Under the pieces are notes generated by a model. The model saw only the letters and a program-made list of their open reading frames with translations, was not told the origin of the DNA and searched no databases. From Myxococcota bacterium (lineage in GTDB: Bacteria > Myxococcota_A > UBA9042 > PHBI01 > JAWLBL01): 64,000 nt of DNA. The stretch is from the NCBI GenBank assembly GCA_041687695.1, contig JAWLBL010000005.1, forward strand, positions 256,799 through 320,798. The letters run 5' to 3'. This document shows, one piece after another, positions 63,560-64,000 of this stretch. Made by a program: the position numbers and the translations under genes. The stretch's first letter is position 1. Each line of letters begins with the position of its first letter.

Positions 63560-64000
63560 ATGACCATCCATGCCACGCGGGCCGTGCTGCTGAGCAAGCT
63601 GCTCCGCAGCGGAGATCGCGCGCGCATCGCGCGCCTTCTCGACCGTCTCGAGCCCCTGGACGTATCTCGGCTCTTCGCGGAGCTGAGCGACCTCGAGCTG
63701 CGCCGCGCCGGCGCGATCCTGTTCGAGGCCGCCCGCGTCGAGCGGACCGTCCACGAGCTGCCGCACGCGGTGCTCGCGCGTCTGATGACGTGCTCGACGC
63801 CCGAGGACGCCCGGCGCGCCCTCGCGGTCCTCAGCCCCGCCGAGGTGGCGCGGCTGCTCACCGTCGTGGCCGCCGAGCGGCGCGGCGCGGTGCTCGAGCT
63901 GCTGTCTCCCGAGGCGCGCGAGCGCGTCGCCAAGATGCTGCCCAGGGCCTCGCGCCGGCTGCCGTCGGCCGTGTTCCGGCTGCGGCGGCTGTTCGCCTGA
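63560..64000 (+). CDS. Stand-alone MgtE N-terminal-domain-like protein
   Basis: GGAGG RBS; helical repeats LDRLEPLDVSRLFAEL, LSPAEVARLL, LELLSPEARERV; stop at 64000 with no CBS or TM region. Confidence 0.7.
   Translation: MTIHATRAVLLSKLLRSGDRARIARLLDRLEPLDVSRLFAELSDLELRRAGAILFEAARVERTVHELPHAVLARLMTCSTPEDARRALAVLSPAEVARLLTVVAAERRGAVLELLSPEARERVAKMLPRASRRLPSAVFRLRRLFA

Overview
Very GC-rich bacterial DNA, densely coding. Gene content points to Myxococcota or a related deltaproteobacterium (inference): Cys-rich lipoproteins, Hanks kinase-receiver fusion, multi-domain DsbA, Uma2 and sigma-54 motifs. No rRNA, tRNA, CRISPR array or transposase was recognised. Housekeeping content: thioester alpha-2-macroglobulin, M17 aminopeptidase, LysR, MMPL plus two GT4s, argC and an argJ-argB fusion, two-component genes, PBP1A, tatB-tatC, a methylmalonyl-CoA mutase/biotin carboxylase cluster and DsbA. 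The standout is a five-gene operon at 30952-41503. It encodes an FhaA-like protein, a 1540-aa SEDS(RodA/FtsW)-beta-rich linker-class B PBP fusion, a signal peptide/vWA-like/TM/FHA-like protein, a degenerate tubulin/FtsZ-like protein and an in-frame helical partner separated from it by one TAG. A hybrid kinase and a Ser/Thr kinase-receiver follow. This looks like an accessory, phospho-regulated, tubulin-associated peptidoglycan-synthesis module. Other oddities: ArgJ fused to an apparently non-catalytic arginine-sensing kinase domain, a eukaryote-type (NPEPL1-like) aminopeptidase, an orphan antitoxin whose toxin position is occupied by an inverted repeat array, TatC with a large C-terminal extension, and a possible uORF/hairpin attenuator before a stand-alone MgtE-N protein. 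All family calls come from motif recognition by eye; no database searches were run.
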